Source: Candidatus Omnitrophota bacterium
GTDB lineage: Bacteria; Omnitrophota; Gorgyraeia; Zapsychrales; JANLHA01
Direction: 5' to 3'
Length of the DNA: 32,000 bases
NCBI GenBank assembly: GCA_963662715.1
Contig: OY759724.1
Coordinates: 1,710,001 to 1,742,000, forward strand
Shown here: positions 1-8,269 of the stretch, piece after piece
Numbering within the stretch: the first letter of the stretch is position 1
Layout: each line of letters begins with the position of its first letter
Notes under the pieces: model-generated
Seen by the model: the letters and a program-made list of their open reading frames with translations, nothing else
Database searches by the model: none
What the model was told of the DNA's origin: nothing
Position numbers and translations under genes: made by a program

Positions 1-717
1 AAAGGAGCCATTGCCTCCCGTATAACCTGTGTGATCACGGATTTTGATGTTCATACGATCTGGTTGAGTGAAGGTGTCGCAACTTATACGGTGGCTTCGG
101 ACTGGACAAAGCGTAAAGTTAAAATGCTGGGGGTCAGAGAAGATATTATAGCTGTTACCGGCATCCCGACGGATTCAAAATTCTCTGAAGATAAAGACAT
201 CGGCCCTTTGAAAGCACGGTTAGGGTTAAAACAGGATGTCATGACTGTTCTGATCGCGACCGGTTCTTTTGGTATTGGCCCTATAGAAGAAATTATCAGC
301 CGGTTGAAGAACCTGCAGCTTATCGTCGTTTGCGGGCATAATCAAGGATTATTTAAGAAACTGAACCAGAACAAGAAAGAACTTGTTAAAGTCTGCGGTC
401 TGGTCGACAATATGGATGAGTTGATGGCGGTCTCGGATATTATGGTCACTAAGCCAGGAGGGTTGTCCATATCCGAGGCCCTGGTGACAGGGCTGCCTCT
501 CGTTTTCTTTAACGCTATCCCGGGACAAGAAGCAAACAATGTCAAAGTTCTTGATACTTACGGTGTTGGGCATCTTTGTCCTCAGGTTGATCAGATTGCG
601 CAAATCCTCAATCAGTTCCAAAAGCATCCCGAGACGATGCAGGCGGCCAAGACCCGGGCACAGCTCTTGGCCAAACCAGAAGCCGTTAAAGACATCATAA
701 ACATTATTGCGGCATAA
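1..717 (+). CDS. Glycosyltransferase family 28, MGDG-synthase/UgtP-like diacylglycerol glycosyltransferase (C-terminal part; gene starts upstream of window)
   Basis: Frame 1 is open from base 1 to the TAA at 715-717, so the GTG at 31 in the ORF track is only the first in-window start. The translated segment DELMAVSDIMVTKPGGLSISEALVTGLPLVFFNAIPGQEANN matches the GT28 C-terminal nucleotide-sugar binding region of UgtP/MGDG synthases (TKPGG...PGQE pattern). Confidence 0.75.
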   Translation, partial: KGAIASRITCVITDFDVHTIWLSEGVATYTVASDWTKRKVKMLGVREDIIAVTGIPTDSKFSEDKDIGPLKARLGLKQDVMTVLIATGSFGIGPIEEIISRLKNLQLIVVCGHNQGLFKKLNQNKKELVKVCGLVDNMDELMAVSDIMVTKPGGLSISEALVTGLPLVFFNAIPGQEANNVKVLDTYGVGHLCPQVDQIAQILNQFQKHPETMQAAKTRAQLLAKPEAVKDIINIIAA

Positions 718-952
718 AAAATTTCCTGCCGGTTTCCTCTCTTTTTATTTTTGTGTTAACAGGTTTTTAGGATGGGTAAGGTTTTTGTTTTATTTGGCTC
801 CGGTTTGTATTAAAATCTCTAAATGATACAGTTATAGTAATATTAAGAAACACAGGGAATCCTTCCGTTGAATCCGGTGTTTGTTCCTGTGCGCCGGGAA
901 GCGGGAGGAAGTATTTCCGGCAGAGTTTTAATGATTTTTTACAGGGTAGGAT

Positions 953-2800
953 ATGCATCAGAATATCGCTGAAATTGTTGTTCCTTTGCCCGTGGCCGGG
1001 CCGTTTGATTATCTTATAAAGGATGAGATGCGGGGCCGTGTTATGGTCGGACAAAGGGTTTATGTGCCGTTTGGACACCGGTATGTTATCGGTTTTGTCA
1101 TCGGACTTAAAGCACGCGGTACGCCCCGAAAGTTAAAGCCTGTTCATTCGCTTCTGGATCTTGAACCTACGTTTAATGACCCGGCCTTGTCTTTGGCTAA
1201 AGAATTCGCAAAATTATACGGATGTCAGCTTGGAGAGGCCCTTGATGCCAGTTTGCCGGCAGCGTTGCGAAAGAAAACAATAACTCAGCGTCCGCTTCAA
1301 AACATACAGGTTGAAAGAGGCGGGGAAAAGTGCCGTTCAACCCTGTGTCAAAGTTTCCTTGACCAGGAAGGGCGGGGCTGGATTGTTGAACGTATGGCGC
1401 TGATTCGTAAAGCCGGACAGGGAGTTCTTGTCCTCGTCCCGGAAACGGCCCGTATTCAAGGCATGAAAACGTTTCTGGAAAAGGAATTCAAGGAGGAAAT
1501 TCTGCTGTTGGACCGCCGTTCAACAGCTAAAAAAGAATTGGAGGCGTGGAGCCGGATTAAAGATGGCCGGAATAATTTCGTCATAGGGACCCGGTCAGCC
1601 GTTTTTGCTCCTGTCAGGGATTTGGGCCTTATTGTCATGATGGATGAGGAGCACCGGGCGTATAAACAGGAACAGTCCCCTTTTTACCATGCCAGGGATA
1701 TCGCTCAAATGCGGGCCCGTCTGGAACAAACAGAGCTTGTTTTTTTCACCCCGGCCCCTTCTTCTGAGATTATGTATCAGGTCAGGAACAAGACCTGCGA
1801 AAGAGTTGTTTTCCCGCCGTCTTTTCAGGCGGACATGCGGACAATTGATTTGTCGAATTATAAGCCCAACAGGAAAACCATTATTTCTTTCCCTCTGCAA
1901 AATTATATTCACGAAATATTGCAGAATAAAGGCCGGGTGCTGCTTTATTTAAACCGGCGGGGGTTCAGTCTGGCCACCCGGTGTCATCAGTGCGGCCATG
2001 CGATGCGGTGTCAAAGGTGCGATGTTGTTTTGTCCTATCTGTTCTCTAAAAAGAAGCTGATCTGTTCTTTATGCGGCTGGTCGACGGCTCTTCCGGAACG
2101 CTGTCCGCAATGCCAAAGCAAGTATCTGCGTTCCTGGGGGATCGGGGATGAGAAAGTCGAGAGTGAATGCGCCAGGATTTTCCCGGCAGCCAAAGTTTTG
2201 CGTGTCGACCGGGATATGAGCCAGCTGTCCCGGGGGGCGGATATCGTCGTGGCCACTCAGGCGGTATGGCGCACTCTTGATGAAAAGATGTTTGATTTGA
2301 TAGCTGTTTTGGATTTTGATGCGGAAATCCACCGTCCGGATTTCCGCAGTGAGCAACAAGCCTTTGCTCTTCTCCTGCGCTTGCGGAAATGTGCCCGGCA
2401 GCGGCTCGTCGTGCAGACGTATCATCCGGACCATAAGGCTCTTCAGGCTGTCTCTAAAGACAAGGACGAATTGTTTTATAAGCAGGAGTTGAAACAGCGG
2501 CAGGAATCGGGATTGCCCCCGTACAAACATTTGATCGAGATCACATTCCGCGGGCCGCGGGAAGATGCTGTGCAGGCACAGATTTTCAGTCTTTATGAGG
2601 AATTGCAGAAAGTCAATAAGCAGAATGTTGAAATTATGGAGCCGCAACCGGATTTTCATCCCAAATTGCGTGATCAGTACCGATTTATTATAATGCTTAA
2701 AAGCAGCTCGGTTAAAAAAGGCCATGCCCTGATTCAGCAGGCTCAGAAATCTCTAAGAAGGCGTAAAGACCTTATCATGACTGTTCAGGTTGATCCTTAA
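953..2800 (+). CDS. priA: Primosomal protein N' (PriA) homologue, short form with degenerate helicase motifs
   Basis: The N-terminus is PriA-typical (AEIVVPLPVAGPFDY...GQRVYVPFGHRYVIGFV). A DEEH box lies at aa 231-234. Four CxxC pairs form the PriA Cys-rich zinc region (CHQC, CQRC, CSLC, CPQC). A C-terminal domain is present. The ATG at 953 follows GGGTAGGAT. No Walker A motif is present (see finding). Confidence 0.8.
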   Translation: MHQNIAEIVVPLPVAGPFDYLIKDEMRGRVMVGQRVYVPFGHRYVIGFVIGLKARGTPRKLKPVHSLLDLEPTFNDPALSLAKEFAKLYGCQLGEALDASLPAALRKKTITQRPLQNIQVERGGEKCRSTLCQSFLDQEGRGWIVERMALIRKAGQGVLVLVPETARIQGMKTFLEKEFKEEILLLDRRSTAKKELEAWSRIKDGRNNFVIGTRSAVFAPVRDLGLIVMMDEEHRAYKQEQSPFYHARDIAQMRARLEQTELVFFTPAPSSEIMYQVRNKTCERVVFPPSFQADMRTIDLSNYKPNRKTIISFPLQNYIHEILQNKGRVLLYLNRRGFSLATRCHQCGHAMRCQRCDVVLSYLFSKKKLICSLCGWSTALPERCPQCQSKYLRSWGIGDEKVESECARIFPAAKVLRVDRDMSQLSRGADIVVATQAVWRTLDEKMFDLIAVLDFDAEIHRPDFRSEQQAFALLLRLRKCARQRLVVQTYHPDHKALQAVSKDKDELFYKQELKQRQESGLPPYKHLIEITFRGPREDAVQAQIFSLYEELQKVNKQNVEIMEPQPDFHPKLRDQYRFIIMLKSSSVKKGHALIQQAQKSLRRRKDLIMTVQVDP

Positions 2801-2895
2801 AGCCTCTGACGCGGAAGGGCGGTGTCGCCCTGTTCGGTGATGCCGGGCATAACACAGACGGAACATAATATTTAAATTTGTACAAAGCAGGGAAT

Positions 2896-3819
2896 ATGAA
2901 GATTGTTTTTTTTGGCAGTGATGATTTTGCCGTTACGAATTTGGAGCAGCTTGTGCTTTCGGGACGGGAGATTGCCGCTTGTGTCACCCCTCCGGACAAG
3001 GCCAGGGGCCGGGGGATGCACACGCAGGCCTCTGAGGTCAAACAATGTGCCCGGCAGCACCGTATCCCCGTTTTTCAGCCGGAAGATATCAGCCAGAAGA
3101 GTTTTCTGGAGGATATTGCTTCATTGCGGAGCGACCTTTTTGTCGTCATTGCTTACGGGAAAATCCTTTCAAATGAACTTCTGGCCATCCCGCGGTTGTT
3201 TTCCGTAAATGTGCACGCATCCCTGCTGCCCCGTTATCGCGGTGCGGCTCCGGTCAATTGGGCCCTGATCCGGGGGGAGCAGGAGACAGGAGTTTCTGTT
3301 ATTAAAATGAATCCTCAATTGGATGCCGGAGACATATTATCCCAGGCCCGTTTGAAGGTTGAAGATGCCGACACGGCTGTTTCTCTGCGGGCTAAATTGG
3401 CCCGTTTGGGTGCGGATTTGCTGAATCAAACAGTGGCCGATATTCAGGCCGGGCATGTTCAGGCTATTCCCCAAGATAAAAGTCAGGTGACGTTTGCTCC
3501 CAAGCTGACAAAAGATTTGGGGCTGATCCATTGGCAGGATTCCGCGTTTAAGATCCACAACATGGTCCGCGGCTTACAGCCATGGCCTTCTGCCTATACA
3601 TTCTATAAAGATAAATTGTTGAAGATTCTGGAAACAGAAATCGTCGGTTCCTTCGGGGGAGTCCCCGGGACAATCGTGGAAATTCTGCCTTCGGGTTTTG
3701 TCCTGCAGACAGGGGACAAAAGCCTCCTGGTGAAGAAAGTCCATTTGGCGTCCGCAAAGGCCATGCCGGCCAAAGATTTTATTCTGGGACATCGGCTTGC
3801 TGTCGGGATGACATTCTGA
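2896..3819 (+). CDS. fmt: Methionyl-tRNA formyltransferase
   Basis: The protein starts MKIVFFGSDDFAV. It carries the formyltransferase core VNVHASLLPRYRGAAPVNWALI and the Fmt C-terminal domain. I prefer ATG 2896 (MKIVFFG, purine-rich AGCAGGGAA upstream) over the TTG at 2878 given by the ORF track. Confidence 0.9.
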   Translation: MKIVFFGSDDFAVTNLEQLVLSGREIAACVTPPDKARGRGMHTQASEVKQCARQHRIPVFQPEDISQKSFLEDIASLRSDLFVVIAYGKILSNELLAIPRLFSVNVHASLLPRYRGAAPVNWALIRGEQETGVSVIKMNPQLDAGDILSQARLKVEDADTAVSLRAKLARLGADLLNQTVADIQAGHVQAIPQDKSQVTFAPKLTKDLGLIHWQDSAFKIHNMVRGLQPWPSAYTFYKDKLLKILETEIVGSFGGVPGTIVEILPSGFVLQTGDKSLLVKKVHLASAKAMPAKDFILGHRLAVGMTF

Positions 3820-3876
3820 TGCCCGCCAAGGAAAGACTTTGGGAGAGATGGATCCCCCGGCTTTTTTTCTAATGCC

Positions 3877-6800
3877 ATGATCGTTTTTTTTATCGGAACA
3901 ATATGTATTTCCGCCGGGTTGGGCACGATTGCCTGGCTTATGTGGAAGGAAAAAAGGATAGAAGACTCTATCCGCAAGAAAAACGCCCCGGTCTATAATC
4001 AGCCTGTCACAACCTCGGAGCTTTTGGACCGGATAGGTTTGCGCCGTGAGCCGCTACCGTCCCCGAATTCCCCCAAGGCTTCCCCGGGAGAAGAGTCGCT
4101 GGACGTTTTTTCCGCTTTAGATGATACGAATAAAGAAGATATCAACAAGGCTCTGGAACTTTCAATCCAACATGATGATTTAACGAAAGAACACCGCCAT
4201 ATGCAGGAGCATCATGAGAGGCTGCAGGCGTTGATTGTTGATAAGAAACGTATTTTAAAGAACACGCGCAGAGCTCTGCGCAGCGAACGCCGGTATATTC
4301 AGGAGTTTGACCATATGCGGGACCGTTTGAATCATAAGATCGAAACAGCGAAGGAAGAGCGCCGGATGATTCAAAATAATCTTAAAGAAAAACAGGCTTC
4401 AGGCCGGGCTTTTCTGACGCGTGTCAATAATTTGGAACAAAGAATTAAAGAGCTGGAGACCTCTTTCCGGGAAAAGGAGCTGGCCATCAAGGATAGTATG
4501 ATAACAGTCCAGAAAGACCAGAAGCGGGCTGCTGAAATAAAAGAGAAGATACAGGAAAGAGAAAAGACCGTTCAGGAAAAAAGCGATAAATTGCTGGATT
4601 TGATCGGCCGGATAAAAAAGAGAGGCGATACGGCCATGGAATATGTCCGGCAGCAGATCGGTATTGATATCCGGATATGGGAGGAAGAACTCTTGGCGCC
4701 GCCGGTCGTCGAAATTCCTGAGCCGGAAGAGAAAATGGTCCCGGCCGGGGAAGCTGCCGGTGAAGGCCTGGAAGCCGAACAACCTCTTGAAGAGGGCGTT
4801 GAGGCGGCCGCTCAGGAAGCCGTCCCCGTTGCCGGGGAGGCCCAGCCTGTGCCAGAAGAACGGGGAGGGGATGCTGTCCTGGCTGATGTCCGGAACATCG
4901 GGATTATCGCTCATATCGATGCCGGTAAAACGACGACCACGGAAAGAGTCCTTTATTATACCGGGGTCATTCATAAAATGGGGACGGTCGATCAGGGTAA
5001 TGCGACAATGGACTGGATGGCCCAGGAGCAGGAACGGGGGATTACGATCACATCGGCCAATACCACATGTTTTTGGAAAGGCAAGAAAGTGAACATCATC
5101 GACACTCCCGGACACGTTGATTTTACGGTTGAGGTAGAGCGTTCCCTGAAGGTTCTTGACGGGGCGGTTGTTGTGCTGTGCGCCACAAGCGGCGTGCAGT
5201 CTCAGACAGAGACGGTATGGCGGCAGGCCGACCGGTATCATGTCCCGAGGATATTTTTTATTAATAAAATTGACCGTATGGGTGCGGACTTTTTCCGGGT
5301 GCTTGAACAGATTGAAGACCGTATCGGAGCTAATGTGGCGGCCGTCCAGATCCCTGACGGCACGGAAGACCAGTTTAAAGGCATTGTGGATGTGATCCAT
5401 CAGAAGTATATCCATTACCTTGATGACGAAGGAATGAAGTTCGAGGAACAGGACATCCCGGAACCCCTGAAAGCGAAAAGCCAGGAGGTGCGCAAGATCC
5501 TGTTGGAAAGATTGTCCACGTGTGATGACGATATCATGGAAAAAATGCTGGCAGAACAGGAAATCTCCGCAGAAGACATTGTCCCTGCGATCCGGCGCGC
5601 TGTTGTTAAAAACGCCTTTTTCCCCGCTTTGGTCGGAACAGCCCTGCGCAACCGCGGGGTGCAGAAAGTCCTCGATGCCATTGTGGATTACCTGCCTTCG
5701 CCGTTGGAGGTTCCTCCGGTGTCCGGGACACGGCCCAGGACAGAGGAAACCCTTGAACGGCATCCTTCGGTCGCGGAACCTCTTAGCGCGTTGGTTTTTA
5801 AGATTGCCTCCGATCCTTATGTCGGGAAGTTGTTCTATACCCGGATTTATTCCGGAATCATTGAATCCGGAGGCACGGTTTACAACTCATCCTCAGGCAA
5901 GCGGGAGCGCGTTGCGAAGATCGTTGTGATGCATGCCAATAAGCAGGAAATTGTCCCGCGCGCCGGTGCCGGGGAGATCGTCGCTTTAGTCGGCCTTAAG
6001 ACAACGAAATCCGGTGATACGCTGTGCGCTGAGAACCAACCCATCCTCTTGGAAAGTATTGAATCTCCGGAGCCGGTTATCTCAATGGCCATTGAACCGC
6101 AAACCAAGGCGGACCAGGATAAGATGGGGCTTATTTTAAGGAAATTCCTCGATGAAGACCCGTCATTGAGGATGTCCTATGATCATGAGACCGGCCAGAC
6201 ACTCCTGTCCGGGATGGGGGAACTGCATTTGGAGATTATTATCGACCGTATGAAACGGGAACATAACCTAGAGACGAATATCGGACGTCCGCAGGTCGCT
6301 TACCGGGAGACGATTAAAGAGAAAGTGGAGAAAATCGAGGGCAAATTTATTTCCCAGACAGGCGGTCGCGGGCAATACGGGCATTGTGTTATTGAAATGG
6401 AACCCAGTGAAAAACCGGGAGACGGAATTAAATTTATCGATAAAATCAAAGGGGGCGTCATCCCGCGCGAATATATCCCTTCCGTTGAGAAAGGCATCAA
6501 TGCCGGTTCGGAAAGCGGTATTCTGGCCGGGTATCCGGTCACGGACTTTACTGTGACTCTCGTTGACGGGTCTTTTCATGAGGTTGATTCGAGTGACATT
6601 GCTTTTCAGCTCGCGGCCAAGGCCGCCCTTAAAGAAGGGCTGAGGCGCGGAAAATCCGTATTCCTTGAACCGATCATGAAGCTGGAATGTGCCGTCCCGG
6701 AAGAATTCATGGGAGCGGTGATCGGGGATTTAAACAGCCGCCGGGCTAAAATTATTAATATGGGCGTGCAGGGAAAGTTAAAGACGGCTTTGTGTGAAGT

Positions 6801-6969
6801 CCCCTTATCAGAAATGTTTAATTATGCCAATGCCCTGCGTTCTTTAACTCAAGGGCGGGCGTCTTTCTCCATGGAGCCCTGTTTTTATGCGGAAGTTCCC
6901 TATCATATTTCTGAAAAAATAAAAGCGGAGAGGGAAGAATTGATGAAGAAAAAGGAAGATGGGAAATAG
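3877..6969 (+). CDS. fusA: Elongation factor G family GTPase carrying a ~335-aa N-terminal extension (TM helix + coiled coil + acidic Pro/Glu/Ala linker)
   Basis: From aa ~336 onward the protein shows full EF-G architecture:
- G1: AHIDAGKTT, nt 4909 onward
- G2: RGITI
- G3: DTPGH
- G4: NKID
- [10 protein letters not shown]
- Domain IV: [11 protein letters not shown] and [10 protein letters not shown]

The C-terminal domain V is also present. Aa 1-335 form one uninterrupted frame with the EF-G core. Aa 2-23 are hydrophobic ([22 protein letters not shown]), aa ~100-255 are heptad-rich and charged, and aa ~268-335 are E/P/A-rich. Confidence 0.85.
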
Positions 6970-7057
6970 GCCGCCCGTTCAAAAGCGCTTAAAGCCGTCT
7001 TTTTTTTCTTCGGACGCCTTTGTCGCGGAAAAAAAATTTTCGCAATCCTATTTTTTA

Positions 7058-7086
7058 TTTGCATCCCATTCCCTTTGTGATATAAT
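7058..7086 (+). promoter_or_regulatory. Candidate sigma70-type promoter (TTTGCA - 17 nt - TATAAT) upstream of the GalT-like pair
   Basis: TTTGCA lies at 7058-7063 and TATAAT at 7081-7086, with an exact 17-nt spacer, inside a 280-nt intergenic region. This would give a ~155-nt leader before ATG 7250. Sequence match only. Confidence 0.4.
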
Positions 7087-7249
7087 TCGTTAACTTTTCA
7101 TAAAGGCATGACTTGCGAACCGACGGAATTAAGGAAGCGGGCACATTCTGGAACATGTTTCGTCGCTGAGAGAAACGGGTCGGTCGTTTGCTGAAAATAT
7201 CAGCCCCCTGAGCAAATTTTATTAACTGGTATTTAAGGGTGTTTTATTT

Positions 7250-8269
7250 ATGCCAGAATTTCGTAAAGATCCCGTAATTGGCCGTTGGGTGATTATTGCG
7301 ACGGAACGGGCCAGACGCCCGGGAACGATTATTGATCCTCAGCGCGTCGATAAAAAAGACTCTCAAGAGTGTCCTTTCTGCCATAACCAAGAGCCGGAGA
7401 TATACACCGTCCCCAATAAAGACCCTCAAGCCTCCAGCCCCTGGAGTGTTAAGGTGACTCCCAGCGGGACTCCGTTATTAAAAATGTCGCCTCAGTTCAA
7501 ACGCCGGGGCCACGGACTTTATGATGTCATTAATGATTACGGAGTGCATGAGGTCGTGATAGAAACTCCGGATCATATCGCGAATATGGCTGATTTGAGT
7601 GAAAAGCAGATCGCGTATGTGATGAATACCTATGTCTACCGTTTTAAGGAGTTAAGCCAGAACAAAAATTTTCTTTATGTGATTGCCTATAAGAATTACG
7701 GCTGGGCCGCAGGCAGCCGTAATATCGGACATTCCCGTTCCCAAATTATCGCTTCCTCTGTGAATCCTTTGGCTGTGAAAGAACAAATGTCCCGGGCTAA
7801 AAAGTATTTTGATTATCATGACCGGTGTTTGTTCTGTGACCTGATCCGTCAGGAAAAAAATGACAGGAAGCGGGTTGTGACCGAGTCGGAGCATTTTATC
7901 GCTATTACACCCTTTGCCCCCAGGTTTTCCTTTGAAATATGGATCCTTCCCAAAGAGCATCATTGTGATTTTGTGCATGGCGTGGCGGGCAAGGAACTCG
8001 ATTTAGCCAGAATTCTCAAAGATACGTTAACGCGGTTGAAAATCGGGCTGGCGGATCCGTCCTACAATTATGTTATTCAAACGGCGCCGTTCCGCAGTCA
8101 GGAGCGGGGGGCCCGCTGGCCGACCATTGAAGAGGATTATCATTGGCATATTGAAGTTATGCCCCGTTTAACCCGGGTGGCCGGATTTGAGAAAGGCTCC
8201 GGATTTTATATTTGTTCTATCCCCCCCGAACACACGGCGGAATTTTTAAGGGAGGTAGAGTTGTCATGA
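7250..8269 (+). CDS. GalT-like HIT-superfamily nucleotidyltransferase/phosphorylase, paralogue 1 (nucleophilic His replaced by Arg)
   Basis: The protein has RDPVIGRWVII, a CPFC zinc motif, GVHEVVIETPDH, and YHWHIEVMPRLTRVAGFE. The active-site block reads GHSRSQ (H161-S-R163-S-Q; the Arg codon CGT is at 7736-7738) where GalT enzymes have H-x-H-x-Q. Confidence 0.8.
   Translation: MPEFRKDPVIGRWVIIATERARRPGTIIDPQRVDKKDSQECPFCHNQEPEIYTVPNKDPQASSPWSVKVTPSGTPLLKMSPQFKRRGHGLYDVINDYGVHEVVIETPDHIANMADLSEKQIAYVMNTYVYRFKELSQNKNFLYVIAYKNYGWAAGSRNIGHSRSQIIASSVNPLAVKEQMSRAKKYFDYHDRCLFCDLIRQEKNDRKRVVTESEHFIAITPFAPRFSFEIWILPKEHHCDFVHGVAGKELDLARILKDTLTRLKIGLADPSYNYVIQTAPFRSQERGARWPTIEEDYHWHIEVMPRLTRVAGFEKGSGFYICSIPPEHTAEFLREVELS

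Noticed and set aside
767-1078. 103-aa minus-strand ORF spanning the intergenic region and the priA start.
   Set aside because: It overlaps the conserved PriA N-terminus, has no SD, and its translation has no recognisable features.
3817-3879. fmt and the EF-G ORF are in the same frame, separated only by one TGA (3817-3819) and 19 sense codons. The DHp and receiver ORFs (TGA at 10864-10866) show the same arrangement. I asked whether UGA is recoded or read through.
   Set aside because: By my count TGA terminates about half of the 26 genes here, at positions that give normal protein lengths (fmt, SET, TrmH, Aas fusion, dehydrogenase, archaemetzincin, AddA-like). Several TGA stops sit in ATGA overlaps with the next gene in another frame. 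Global UGA reassignment is therefore not supported. Same-frame neighbours are expected one time in three. I kept this only as a side note for the DHp-receiver pair.
4132-4173. UIM-like peptide ([14 protein letters not shown]; pattern hydrophobic-xxA-hydrophobic-xxS preceded by acidic residues) in the EF-G N-terminal extension, in a window that also encodes a Ubl-domain protein.
   Set aside because: The motif is very short and lies within a generally charged helical region, so a chance match is likely. No ubiquitin-like conjugation genes (E1/E2/JAB) are present in the window.
4399-5763. 454-aa ORF on the minus strand inside the EF-G gene. Similar long antisense ORFs occur at 2069-2725, 8275-9030, 11361-11789, 11996-12529, 16978-17508, 17832-18518, 29873-30415 and 30827-31324.
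   Set aside because: Each lies fully or mostly within a + strand gene whose product has strong, recognisable motifs. Their translations are low-complexity, Arg/Pro/Gly-rich, and show no motifs. They are typical shadow ORFs opposite real genes.
6970-7030. T-rich tract (TCTTTTTTTTC) after the EF-G stop, considered as an intrinsic terminator. The T8 run at 27102-27109 after the Mut7-C gene was considered in the same way.
   Set aside because: I could not find a convincing GC-rich stem immediately upstream of either T-run (only 3-5 bp possibilities), so I did not call them as terminators.
8212-8265. Extended N-terminal starts proposed by the ORF track (8212 for GalT-like 2; likewise 2878, 13283, 17565, 18709, 19292, 20881 and 23486).
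   Set aside because: In each case a downstream start coincides with the conserved protein N-terminus and has a good SD and/or a stop-start overlap (ATGA) with the upstream gene. The extensions overlap the preceding gene or add non-conserved residues.
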